64,000 nucleotides of DNA from Octopus sinensis (taxonomy: Eukaryota), in NCBI RefSeq assembly GCF_006345805.1, contig NC_042999.1, positions 65,286,001 to 65,350,000 of the forward strand. The letters run 5' to 3'. This document shows, piece by piece, positions 26,900-39,865 of the stretch (positions are counted from its first letter, which is position 1; each line of letters opens with the position of its first letter). The notes beneath the pieces were generated by a model. The model was given only the letters and a program-made list of their open reading frames with translations, was not told where the DNA came from and did no database searches. The position numbers and the translations under genes were made by a program.

Positions 26900-27520
26900 T
26901 CTAAACCAAGCCGCACCAATAAAGTCCACCGGGCACACTTCTCGCTCCAACATCACTCTCTCGAGGTTCTGGATATATTCCAGGCCAGTGTCTGCAATCA
27001 AGTTATCGATATAAGTGTGATGACCTTCTCCTCTTCTTACCTGATCATGAAGTAGATTCCACCGGACTAACGTGCATGCTTACGGACTAACGTGCGCGCA
27101 GTGACCAGATAATCACAGCCGCCTTTGCATGATCTTGTCGCTAACTCTCTAGAAAGTCATTCATTTGTAATGTGTTTCTACCTTTTAACAATTAAGGCCA
27201 TTGGTATCATCTTTATATATCATCTTTATGTAGCCCGCTTGATAATTACTTTGTCAGTGTCCACGTTTCACTGCCATATAATAACGTTGATTTGATAGTT
27301 GCAATGATCAACTTGATTACGACTGGCCTGAGAAATCTGGTGTTCCAGACCTTTTTTAGTTTGTAACAGGCTGCCCAAGCTTGTCCGTTCCCTGTTCATG
27401 CTTGTCCTTGCTCCAGAACTGCTTACACAACCACCTAAGTACCTGAAGCCTTCAGCAAGATTCAAGTTGGAACTGCGCAGGGCAGAATAGTTCAGAATTA
27501 CTTGCTTTGTTGGAAGACAT
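26900..27520 (-). mobile_element. RTE-clade LINE fragment (RT C-terminal region), decayed
   Basis: Minus-strand translations FRYLGGCVSS, LKKVW, STLLYGSETWTLTK (27256-27288) and RRL*LSGHC. Confidence 0.8.
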
Positions 27521-27697
27521 ATGCTTACATATTGATGATCGAGAGTTTATATGTTTGTAGAGAGCGTTCGCTTTCTCCTACTTGTTAAGTTTATCAGGTT
27601 ATTCCGGTAAATGCTCACCTTTATCAATGATGTTGTCTCACACTTCAACTAAGTAACTGAGTACGCAATATACGCTTAAGCATACACACACACACTC

Positions 27698-27794
<97 letters not shown>

Positions 27795-27968
27795 CATACA
27801 TACATACATATATAAAACATGCTGTTTTTCATATCCTGACGTCAAATGCACTTCGAAAGATTTGGTCGGCCCGACGCCATAGTAGATGTCACTTGACCAA
27901 GATGCCATACAGTAGCACTAAACCAGGGCTCATGTAACCATGCATATGCACGCAGCCATGCCTATGCT

Positions 27969-28012
<44 letters not shown>

Positions 28013-28279
28013 GTACTATTTCAGCTACAAACTAGACTTAATTTCCATTCACATATTTCCAAAATTCACATATTTCAAAAGTTTAACATTATAACCTTTT
28101 CCATAAATCAACTATCGGAAGCATTTTATACGATGACGACGATGACGTTACATTTTCTATATGTGTGTGTACCTTAAAAGACATCAATGTCACCTTCACT
28201 TGCTCATTCTCTGTCTGTATTATTGTTCATAAGTTCCGAAATATTGGCATATTTGGGCCACCTTGGAAACAACACAAAT

Positions 28280-29170
28280 AATGCGTGGTGCTATTCATAG
28301 TCGCCTTCTTTGACATGCTTTCATGTAGCTAATCTTGCTAGCAATGCAAACGATACCAAAGTCTCTCAGAGGATAGAGATGTACATCTACAACGTGAGTT
28401 GAACCCAATATACAGGTGGGCTGAGGGAAATATCATGCAGTTTAACACTGGAAAATACCAAGCCCTTCACAACCAACAAAGGAAGCCCAGTGAAAAGAGA
28501 TAGAATATACTGGCCCAGGAGGGATTCCAATCCCTAAACCAACATCAGTGCATGATCTGGACATAGACATGAGTAATAATGCATCTTTCCAGGTGCGCAT
28601 TACCAAGTTGCAATAAAACGCAGATGTCTGGTCGGGCTGATGCTTCGAACTTTCAAAACAAGAGAAAAGGAAACCATGATAGTCCTCTAGAGGACTTTCG
28701 TTCTCAGTCGTCTGGATTACTGCTCCCAAATGTGGTCACCAAACAGTGTAAATGTAACGACAGAGCTAGAGACGACCCGGCGATGCTAAACTAGGAGGAT
28801 CGGCACAATGCAACATATCAACTACTGGGAATGAACGAAAGAGTTACGACTCTATTCACTGGTGCGAAGGTGCGAAAGATATGCAGTAATATAGTTCTGG
28901 AAAATCCTATAAAAAACTTGTTCCTTTACTACTTACACAAACAGCACGACGTGGCGCTTCCAAAGATCCAGACATTGCCATCAGGATACAAGACCAGATA
29001 CTGCAACAGCTTGGGCTTCAAAGCCCACAGCTCTTCGATATCCACCCATAAAGTCTGAAAAACTTGTATGGCATAGATATAGACGTTTTCAAAACAAAAC
29101 TAGCTCCATCTGTCAAGAGTCTGGATGAACATATCACAAGGTAAGAAACACAGATGAGGGCAGCAACGTC
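28280..29170 (+). mobile_element. CR1-like LINE 3' RT fragment, decayed
   Basis: ANDTK (decayed ADDTK, 28346), MQFNTGKY, LRTFKTREK, SRLDYCSQMWSP (28709), ELRLYSL. Confidence 0.85.
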
Positions 29171-29173
29171 AGT

Positions 29174-29507
29174 GGAGGCGCAATGGCCCAATGGTTAGGG
29201 CAGCGAACTCGCGGTCGGAGGATCGCTGTTTCGATTCGCAGACCGGGCGTTGTGAGTGTTTATTGAGCGAAAACATCTAAAGCTCCACGAGGTTCCGACA
29301 GGGGGTGGGGGTTGGCGACCCCTGTTGTATTCCTTCGCCCCAACGTTCTCTCACTCTTTCTTCCTGTGTCTTGTCCCCGACTTCCTACTTAACCGCTGAG
29401 CCTGGATGCGCATTTATCCATCCGTCGATGCTCTCGGTGTCGGGGGTTGACCTGCTTTCTCTTCTGCGGGTCTTTAGCAAAGGATCACGTTTTGGACTTA
29501 GCCTATC
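29174..29507 (+). mobile_element. SINE family C, tail type 2
   Basis: GGAGGCGCAATGGCCCAATGGTTAGGGCAGCG head; tail ...ATCCATCCGTCGATGCTCTCGGTGTCGGGG...GCAAAGGATCACGTTT is shared with 59680-59934. Confidence 0.8.
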
Positions 29508-30416
29508 TTGCGAGCTCTGGGATGAAGACCGCTTCGCTCAACTGCAACAGCAACAGCAGCAACATCAGCTCCCTCATCCACCAAATGTCACATATCAGAG
29601 GAGGTTTAGCGAAAGTGTAGCACATTAAACGGCGTTGCCCCACCATGGCTACAGTGTTTGCATTGAAACTTACACAGCAAAAAATCATATCATATCGATA
29701 AATAGACGTATCTATCTACATACATCTACAATCGCTTTTGCATAAAATTAAATATGGTAATATGCAAGAATTTTTTTGTTTCCATTACAAAGGTACTTTC
29801 ATGATTCTAATAAACATAGACGTCAAAGCATTACAACTGTACAAGTAGGTAACTATACTGAGAAGGAGTCTGCAAAATTCTTAACTAAATAATATTAATC
29901 ACGAGTCTTGCTGTTAGTATTGCAAATATGCTAAAATGCCGGAGAAGAATCTCCTTGCACAATATGATATATTTTCATACAAATACAACATTTTTACGAA
30001 GGTGTCAAAAACAGATTGGCTAAGATGACTTCGTTTCACAGTTACATATTTCTACATCAGGTGGCCGCCGAAGTAGTATGAAAACTAATATGGAATCTAA
30101 AGAAAAGAAGTAACAAGTGATTTAGCTACATGAATGCACTTCAATTTGAAATATCTCTACTCTAAAAGCAAGCGCCTTGCACCTGCAAAATGGTGTTGGT
30201 TTCAATGTTTTTATTTGGTTTATTCTTTGTGGATTTGCTAAATCAAGAATGCTTATGGCTGCGACTTGGGGAGGATATTCGTCGATGGTAGTGGTGGAAT
30301 ATGGATAAACGAAAACGCATCCATTGCTATTAATCATTACGTCAGTCATTACAATAAGCCCAGCTAGAGTCAAGTGGATTCGGATTTCCCTAGCAGTAAA
30401 TGTTTGTAAGTGACTG

Positions 30417-31667
30417 AAAGTGGCTGCCATTGAAGGCTCTGATTCACTTTTACACTTTGTGAAATGGTGGAATTGTGCAAGAGAAAATCTTACCAGTACT
30501 TGATTACACATGGAGTTATTTTTAAACCAGAGAACTGTAGAATCAAGGATACACTGAAGAGAAATCAGGTGGCGTTCAAGCCATTGACAATTGCAACATA
30601 CTACTTGAAACTATTCACATTCTCTTATGAGACTAACCTAAAGCAAAACAAACAAAAATTGAAGTAATATTTTTAGCCTTTTTCTCTCAGAATTGACAGG
30701 GAATGAAATAGTTTTGCATTCCCTTAAGTATGGAAAATGCTTTTTCAAGATATTATATTCCTGAAAAATTATCTATGATTGACATCTGAAATGGCAGATG
30801 ACGAAAAACAATATGTTAAATTATTGTAAAATCAGTTTAGAATTTCTCAGTACCAAATTTTAATTAGCCACAAAGGAAAACCGTTATAGTTTTCAATTTT
30901 TTCCTTTTATGCATAAGGCGTTAAGAAGAAAACAGAATACTTTCTACACGACTTAGTAAATGATTTAAGATGGAAACAATTTGGATAAATTTTTTGAAAT
31001 GTTAAATCTTCTGAAATGTTACAGGAAGTATTACAAATCAGTTATGACTTATTTTCAGTATCCAAGAAAGATTATACACACCGGAACACACATATAATAA
31101 AGATTAAGGGTTCAAATATGGCTTTCCGACTACATTCCTATAGGGTTGCTCTTACTTTCATATTATCATGTGCAAGTTAATGAACAACTGAGCTATATCT
31201 AAACGGTATATTCTTGTAAATAGAAACTGTGCAGAATTCCGCAGTATATACATCATACATGAATACATACACACATGCGTATATATTTATACACACACAT
31301 GTATATAGGCATATATTTCTATATACAAATATATATATGTGTGTGTGCGCGTGTGTGCGTGAATGCGTGACTGTGTGTGTCCTGTGTCTATGTGGGGTGT
31401 GTGAGTGCGTGACTGTGTGTGCCCTGTATATATATATATATATATATATAAGGAAAAGGAAAAAGAAAACATGTTGAGTTGTGGATGTTGTAATTGTCAG
31501 TGGCTTGAACGCCACCTGATTTCTCTTGAGTATATCCTTGATTCTACAGTTTCCTGGTTTAAAAATATCTTCATCTGTAATGAAGCACTGGTAAGATTAT
31601 CTCTTGCACAATGCCACCACTTCTCAAAGTGTGAAAGGGGATCAGAGTCATCAATGGCGACCACTTT
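30417..31667. repeat. Ungapped 183-bp inverted repeat pair (30417-30599 and 31485-31667)
   Basis: Manual alignment: 22 mismatches in 183 bp (about 88%), no indels, spacer 885 bp. Confidence 0.9.
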
Positions 31668-32355
31668 ATTAATTATTTATTTATTAATGAAAGTTGCGTC
31701 TTTATTTAATCTTTGCTGTACTGAGGTGGTCTGTTGACATTGATAAAAAGGGAAGTTCGGTTTAAGGTTACTAGCACATCTTTCTATATGCTCACTGACC
31801 TATATCTGTCTATATTGCGGGTAGCGGATTTGTACTTTGTGAAGAGTTGTTCTTCGTTGGAGTGACAATGCTGTTTGGCCGACATGGTGATTCCCGTGTC
31901 GTAAGCAGGTAATAACATAGATTAAGTTTTCAGAGCCAACTTTCATAAATAAATATCATCCACAACTCAACATGAATACACAACTTAATACAGGACACTA
32001 GTAACCTTACCAATACCTATAATTCCTACTTATCTCTATACATCCCATACACCATTCATATTCCAGTATTTATATTCACCTTAATTGCATCATTTCCAGA
32101 ACTGCTTACCTCCCTTGCATGTGGTCTTTTTACTCAGGTACTATTAGACCCAACACCGTTTGGAAATCGGTGTTCATTCAAAGTCAGCGATCAGTTCACA
32201 CGATAACGGTATGACTTTGAATCGCGATAATGATTCAAAATAAAGATTTATATACTTCATAATTGCACCTTGTATAATCTAAATGTATGTATATATTTTT
32301 ACTTTTCTTAAAAAAGCCTTTATTTTTTAAATCTGATTTCTTTGAAACCTATCTA

Positions 32356-32392
<37 letters not shown>

Positions 32393-32397
<5 letters not shown>

Positions 32398-32509
32398 ATC
32401 CCGTGACGGACCAGACCATCAGATGTTGCTACACATCGCTGGTCACAATGCGTTCGCATTGTTTTAGCATTCGAATGACGCCACCCTGCTGGCTAAGCGA
32501 GCAGGCCAA
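32393..32509 (-). mobile_element. SINE family C tail type 3, tail only
   Basis: CTACACATCGCTGGTCACAATGCG..CGCATTGTTTTAGC is shared with the 33207 copy. Confidence 0.75.
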
Positions 32510-33206
32510 TATATATATATATATTATATATATATATATGTAGTTTAATGAGAGGATATGTTTGCCTCGTGAAGGGATGGTTGCATCCAAGGTAATCTCG
32601 GTTCAATACCTAGTAGTGTTGGAGAATGAATTGATGGGTTCGCATATAACATCTCAAGGTGCATTGTTTTCTGGTGAAAATATGCACATATCCCATAAAT
32701 GCAAATTTAATGTATACATTTGTAATTAAATTATTGAGTATTAATTGAAACGGCTGTAAGAAGCGAAGATGACGAAGTTGTTAATAATACATAATTGTTA
32801 ACTTCCTTATCTTCATTTCCTTTTCTTCATTTAACTGTATATATATGTATATATTAATATATTCATATATGTGAGTGAGTATTTACATGTAGGTATATGT
32901 GTATGTGTGAATGCACGATAACTAGTATTAGGGTGTAGTATTGACCAGCACGAGAACTAGTTTCAATTTTGAGACGTGATTTACGCTCTGCTCTTGAACT
33001 AAATATTTCAGATTACGTTGCTGCACTCCATTCAGCTGAGAATGAGGTAATTTCAGGTAGAGTGGCATCAGTTCAGAGGAAAAGATGCAAGCAGGGTCAC
33101 ATCAGTCGAAAGCTACAACGATGCGAATAAGCATAAGCGCTTTGGTAGAAGCGGTTTATAATAACATACAACAGTCATGTTTTATATGCATATATATATA
33201 TATAGC

Positions 33207-33501
33207 ACCATGACCACCATGACCGACCAGGCTACACATCGCTGGTCACAATGCGCTTCGCATTGTTTTAGCCTTCGAATGACGCCACCCCGCTGGCTAA
33301 GGGAGCAGGCCAACAGAAGAAAGAGTGAGAGAAATTTGTGGCGAAAGAGTACAGCAGGGATCGCCACCACCCCCTGCCGGAGCCTCGTGAAGTTTAGGTG
33401 TTTTCGCTCAATAAACACTCACAACGCCCGATCTGGAAATCGAAACTGCGATCCTACGACCGCGAGTCCGCTGCCCTTATCACTGGGCCACTGCGTCTCC
33501 A
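33207..33501 (-). mobile_element. SINE family C, tail type 3, full length
   Basis: Minus-strand head GGAGACGCAGTGGCCCAGTGATAAGGGCAGCGGACTCGCGGTCG, the same body as 8515 and 29174, and a different tail. Confidence 0.85.
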
Positions 33502-34806
33502 CTATATATATATATATATATATTTACTCTGTCTATCTCTTTCTCTCACACATACACATACAAACACACACACGCACACGTATGTATATATGGGGATACC
33601 ATTAGCTGACGCATATCGACAAAGAGTGTAACTATCTAACAGAAAGCCAAACAATGCTGCTTTTAAAAAGAAGTCTCCTTTGACATTTGTTGGGCACCGA
33701 ATTCCATTTTAATTCCGTACTATTCTCATTGTCGCAAACGCAGTAGATCAGTGAGTGAGGCGTTCGGAACATGTAACGAAAAACAATATTGTTCTCCCTT
33801 AAGGATATTTACGGAATACATTTGTAACATCTCTTATCTAAACTACATGACACAGCACGAAAAAAATGCCATCTTTTGTAAATAGTAACCACAACAGAAT
33901 TATTAAAAACTAACGACTTTCCATGAGATCCTTTGATAATGACAATATTGGTGGCGAATACTATATAGTGATGTCTAATTTTAAATATGCTTTGTTTTTG
34001 ATCCCGTATAGTGCCTGAATTTCATGACAACGCACGCAAAATTTCATTTCTCAACAAAGAATCATGTAATGAAATATTAAAAACGACAAACTTCCTCTTC
34101 TGCGTCTGATTCTTTGATAATAATAAATATTAGTGGATCATTCTGTATCAAGTTTGCAGAAAATGAAAGCATAATAAACCAGTTATTGCTGGCTGCTAGA
34201 GTTTTTTTTTTAAGAGAAGAGAATGAAAAGGAATGTGTATACACTTGTGGAAACCAATTATCCTGCTGATTTGAATGGTCTAGAAAGACGCCAGTTAAGA
34301 GAAGAATATCTTACATCAACCAATGCATAAATTGCAGCTATTGTTCGCTTCACAAGGAAAATCTTAAGCAGAATGCTTTAAAAATTTTCAATACTGAGAT
34401 AAAGAAACTGTAATGTGTGACCTGAAATCACTAAACTCAGAGTACATTTTCTATGAATGGCTGAGGCATTCAAACGTTTAGAGCATGTCAACAACGTGTT
34501 CTTGCTGTTGTTCTTGCTCCTATTGTTGTTGTCGCTACGATAGTATCGGAATTATGTTGTCTCATTGAAAGCAACTTTTAGTTATTATTTGTTTAAAAGA
34601 ACGCCAATAAAATATGAAAGCAGCACAAGAAAAGGTCACATTCAGACAAAATCATGCACAAACACGTGATTATGGAAAATACACAGAAAGATACTCACAT
34701 GAACTCACACATTATTCACACAAGCACCAACAAAATTGAATGGCACACATAGGTTTATGTGTGTCTGTGTATATATATAGGGAGAGAGAGAGAGAGGGAA
34801 GGATAC

Positions 34807-34838
<32 letters not shown>

Positions 34839-34907
34839 ATATATGTATATATATATATCTATATACATATATATATATATGTATATACATATATCTATCT
34901 ATCTATC

Positions 34908-34952
<45 letters not shown>

Positions 34953-34956
34953 ATAT

Positions 34957-35008
<52 letters not shown>

Positions 35009-35123
35009 ATATATGGATGTGCGTACGTATATACATATACATATGTATGTATACGTATTTATATATATGTATAAGTATCTATCTATCGATATATATATAT
35101 ATGGATCTACGTACGTATGTATG

Positions 35124-35156
<33 letters not shown>

Positions 35157-35460
35157 TATATATATACACGAACACATACACACACACAGGGAATGAGAGA
35201 CAGGTCAAAAATGACGAGTTACAGACAAAAGCATCCTATCTATATATCCAGATATATAACCAGATAAATAACTTGCCTGATGGCTAAATTCGTTGATAGA
35301 CATCAGTCTGCATTTTATCGCATTTGGTCACATATTGAATTTCGTCTGCCAATATACATAGCTGTTTGCGTGTTTGTGTCTGCAGACGTTCAATATACAT
35401 ATATATCCATCTATGCAACGGTATATAAACACACACACACACACACAAATATATATATGC

Positions 35461-35980
35461 ATGGCCTATCATGGCCGTTCCTTGATTGTTGATGTTGAAC
35501 TTAAAAATGGTCTATGGCTATTTAATTTTTTCCCACTAGGCCGCTGGTGGCAAAAAGAATTCTACAAAATTTTTTTTGCCACCCTATATTGATTAATTAT
35601 GAATTTTCTGGTTAATTCCGTAATGGAATCGACGGCTTATATTTATTTGCTGCCGATAAATTTGGCGCGAGTGCGACGATTTGAAAATTTTAGGTCAGAT
35701 ATTACCTTGGCAGGGTCGGAAATGCCTCGCGAAAATATCTGTTCCGACTTGGCTATTTCTTGCTGAAGAATCTGAGGGCCTATGGAAGATTGGCTTGATT
35801 TAATTTAATCAGGTTAGTTTACCATTAAACAGCAGATGAAACGGTGCATCGTACAAGAAATTACAGGGTAAATGTTTTTTAAATTTTCTCCTGTTTACGG
35901 AATTAATCTTTATTTGCGGTTGAAGCTTTGGCTGTTATTTCTAGTGGGTGAATGGCCTATCATGGCCGTTCCTTGATTGT

Positions 35981-35984
<4 letters not shown>
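35461..35984 (+). mobile_element. Non-coding hammerhead-bearing unit (491-bp period) with 33-bp terminal direct repeat
   Basis: ATGGCCTATCATGGCCGTTCCTTGATTGTTGAT occurs at 35461-35493 and 35952-35984, with a hammerhead between them; TA-rich flanks. Confidence 0.65.
35755..35861 (+). ncRNA. Type I hammerhead ribozyme
   Basis: AUUUCUUG-CUGAAGA-AUCUG...CAGAU-GAAA-CGG(UGCA)UCG-UA-CAAGAAAU: 8-bp stem I, 5-bp stem II, 4-bp stem III; cleavage after A35853. Confidence 0.82.
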
Positions 35985-36031
<47 letters not shown>

Positions 36032-36142
36032 TGTATGTATGTATGTATATATACACTCATGTATCTGTATATACACAGATATGCACATATATACAAACAT
36101 GTATGTGCGTGTATATATACACACGCGCGCGCACATGCATAA

Positions 36143-36185
<43 letters not shown>

Positions 36186-37050
36186 CGCGTATGCGAGTAG
36201 AGAAAGACATACAGATATTGTTGCAGTAAAGAAAATCAGGGACACAGAGTAACGCAAACGACTATACACACTCATATGAATATTTACAGACACACACTCA
36301 CACACACTTGCACATATACAGAGAAGGCGGGGAGAGATAGACGATCTCTCTTAGATTATATATGAAGCAATTGTAACGTGAACGGCAGCTCCATATATTC
36401 TTTAGCGAAACCAGCATGTGTGATTTGTTCAGTAAGCGGCTGACGTGGACATTTTCTCAGCTCTATACGCTGTGAGTTCAAACCCATTTGAAGCCAAGTA
36501 CACCTTTCAGAATGTCGGGGCTGTTAATAATGTATCGGTTGGCAAATGGGGGGGGGGCAAATCTTCATTCTTTCTCATTCAACCAACCTTTCTCACCATT
36601 TGTTTCTATCGCTCACGTTACGTTTTCCCATCTCCTGTCTCTTTTGAACAAGCAATTGTAACGCGATATCTTCTCACTTTGCGTTCCACTCGTCAAGAAC
36701 AGTGTTAAGGGTATATGTGACGGAAATATTAAGCGCTGAAACTTGAGTGACATAAGAAGGAATATAAAGTCGAAAGAAGAACGCTCAAGAACAACGCTAA
36801 ACTAACCCGCACATACGTATAAACATACAACAACAACAACATCAACACCAAGTTCCAGCAGAAAAAGAAAAACAAAAACAGAATCCAAAGATGAAGATGA
36901 AGCACGCAAGCAAGCAAGCTCAGCTTGGCCAAAAATCGAATGTGGGCGCAGAAACAAAAAGGAAGAGGAAATTGCAAAAACTAAGTCCCCCACCCAACAA
37001 TATATATATATATATATTATATATATATATATCTTACACTGTGTTACATA

Positions 37051-37090
<40 letters not shown>

Positions 37091-39432
37091 GTATATATAT
37101 TCTGGACTCTTTCACCACAGCTTTCTCTCACTCTTTCTTTCTGTTTCTGTTGTACCTGTATTTCAAAGACCAGCCTTGTGACGCTCTGTGTCACGCTGAC
37201 TCTCCCCGAGAACTACGTTCCTTATTGCCATCATGCGCAGTTATATCTGATTCAAACGTATTTCGGATACAAGCATTCATGTGTCGAGTTGGTGGATTTT
37301 TTTAGAAAATGTCTTCTAAATTGTCATTGCACTTCCATGATGTTTTCCTACTTCCTGTAACATTTGATGATAAATTTTCGTTCTTCATACTTTAGTCGTA
37401 TTTCTGCCATTAGGGTAATGTTTATCTGAAAAGAAAGGAAATATTCAATGAATTATGAGAGTCAAAATGTATATCCTTTGGGAGCCACTCTGTATTTGTC
37501 AAAAGAACTATTTGTTCTTTTAAATCTTATGATTTTGGACGTGACGTTTTATAATTACGATAAAGCAAATAAATGCAAGTGTCGATATCGTAACAAATAT
37601 CAATGTCACTTAATCTATGAGAATTTAAAGAATATAATTTATACAGACTGAAATGCAAGCATTTACGATAGAGAGAAACGGAATAATGCGTCAGTAATAA
37701 CTCTGTCAAATGCGCGGAATTTCTAAAAACGAATGACATCCCCGATCACTGAATCCGTAACTTCGGTGATGATATTGGAATTTTTTTTATCGATATTTTT
37801 GCTCTCTTGTCATACCGACAACACAAACTCCTGTTTTCGTTTATTGGATAAATTTTATTCTCCCGTTTCCATAGGCTTTATATTGGATTCAGATAATGGA
37901 TTTAAATCCTTGCTACTGCAACACTTGAATGTTCTTGTATGAATAGTTTTTTTCTTTTGTGTCTATTGAATTAGACTTCATGTCTTTACTTGAGGGTAAT
38001 GTTGTTGTCCGTTTAATTATTTACTGCAGTTATTGTGTACAGATCTTGTGCTAAACTTTCAGCACTTACACGCGTTGTAAATAATATGGTTGACAAAAGC
38101 AAATGAAATTGAGTTAGTATTCAAAATTTGGTTTGAGAATATTCATGAAAGCAATGCCTCAGTTAAAGCTCAACCGGCGTGTAAAAGCACGTAGTAATTT
38201 GGAAAGAAATTGATGTAGAAAATCTTACAGTGCAACGACATTCGTAACGGAAAAATGCTATTTTTCCCCTTTTCTGAGCTAAAGTGTGCATTAAAGTAGA
38301 ATTATCAAAATTAGTGCTGGTCATTTCGCTGAAAAAAATATATATAACGCAAAAGAAACGAGACTTTACTTTTATAATATGCATGAGTACGCTACTTTTT
38401 TTTTAATGTAAATTTTCAAACACTAAGATATAATATATATATAATGTAGTAGTTCTCTGTTGCGTTCATGTGGCTGGACAAATTGTAAATCCGCTATGAA
38501 TTTAAGGGTGTTAAAATTGTACGTGTTCATTAATATTCTAATGAAAATGCAGTGGATGAGGGATGTCAACTGTTATATCTTACACTGTGTTACATAAGAG
38601 ATATTTGGAATTAGAATTAAATACTATTTTGATAATCGAAAATTGAACACCACATGTATCTATTATGTCATCGAAGAACATCAAAGCAATAATTCTAACC
38701 TTCAAACACTGCAACTTTTAGTCAACCTTCTGTCTCAAGCATTCTATGTTTTAAGTCTCATTATAGAATTTTACCTGAAGACGATGTTATTCAAATCGAA
38801 ATAGCAAAATAGATTTCTTTCCACAATGCATTCTGTAAGATAGCAATGCCGTGGAAGCAAATGTCGGAGAAAACTAATCAAGTTTTCTAAATACAATTTG
38901 GATGAAGGAAAGGGTGAAGCACGTCGGACGGATTATTCTCGTAATTCAAACGTAAAACCTTGCATGCACATTCATCGTGCTTTTGCCGGAGGATTATGTT
39001 AATAGCAAACGAAAAGGCACATACGCGCAAATTCAATTAGCTGTTAACTCAGTTGATTGCACGAATAATTACTTATAATAATCGGCGGAGGATTGTTACC
39101 TTCCTTAGTAGTTCGTTTAGAGACGAAAACACGAAAAAAACATTGCAGACTGCAATATACAAGCCAAGGACTGAGACTTTAAAAGAAAGTATATTAAATA
39201 TAGTGAGAGGATTGGGAAATTAAAAAGATACGCCTATAAATGAAGTGCCGATATTTTTAAAAGGATTTTCGTGATTGACTGAACAACGCACAACGCCACA
39301 GGGTGTAGTGTGAAAAATAGCAGGTTCCAAGTGGTGGTGTTGTAGTTTGCGTCAGTTAGAGGAGGGAATTATGGGTCCCAAATTATGTGGCTACGCTAGT
39401 CTCGTCAACAATATCATTACTATATGCCTCTA

Positions 39433-39648
39433 GGCGGCGAGCTGGCAGAAACGTGAGCACGCCGGTATTTCGTCTGTCTTTCCGTTCAGAGTTCAAATTA
39501 TTCCGAGGTCGATTTTGCCTTTCATCCTTTCAGGGTCGATAAATAAAGTACCAGTTACGTACTTGGGTCGATTTAATCGATTTAATCCCTTTGTCTGTCC
39601 GTGTTTGTCCACTCTATGTTCAGCACCTAATGGGTAGTAAAGAAATAA
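39433..39648 (+). mobile_element. SINE family A
   Basis: GGCGGCGAGCTGGCAGAAACG head, body and tail as in the 14535 copy. Confidence 0.85.
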
Positions 39649-39865
39649 ATATAATTACTATAAGCCTCTCTGTCCGGATGCGCCCACTATAACCACTCAC
39701 TCTAAACTTTCTAAGTCCAGGAAGCGGGTTACCCTATGGTTCGCACAACGTTTCTCCTTCCTACCTAAACTTTTCTTTAAAATACTAAATTCTGACTTCC
39801 CACCACAGCATAAATACTACCCTCTCTTTAAGGCGTAGGGATGGCTGTGTGGTAAGTAGCTTGCT

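Noticed and set aside
30122-30667. 129-aa and 67-aa ORFs overlapping the inverted arm
   Set aside because: No recognisable domain; substitutions against the second arm are spread evenly over codon positions, and the other copy has a stop in the + frame.
8515-39865. tRNA-like heads with A and B boxes
   Set aside because: They continue into SINE bodies and do not form complete cloverleaves; called SINEs, not tRNA genes.
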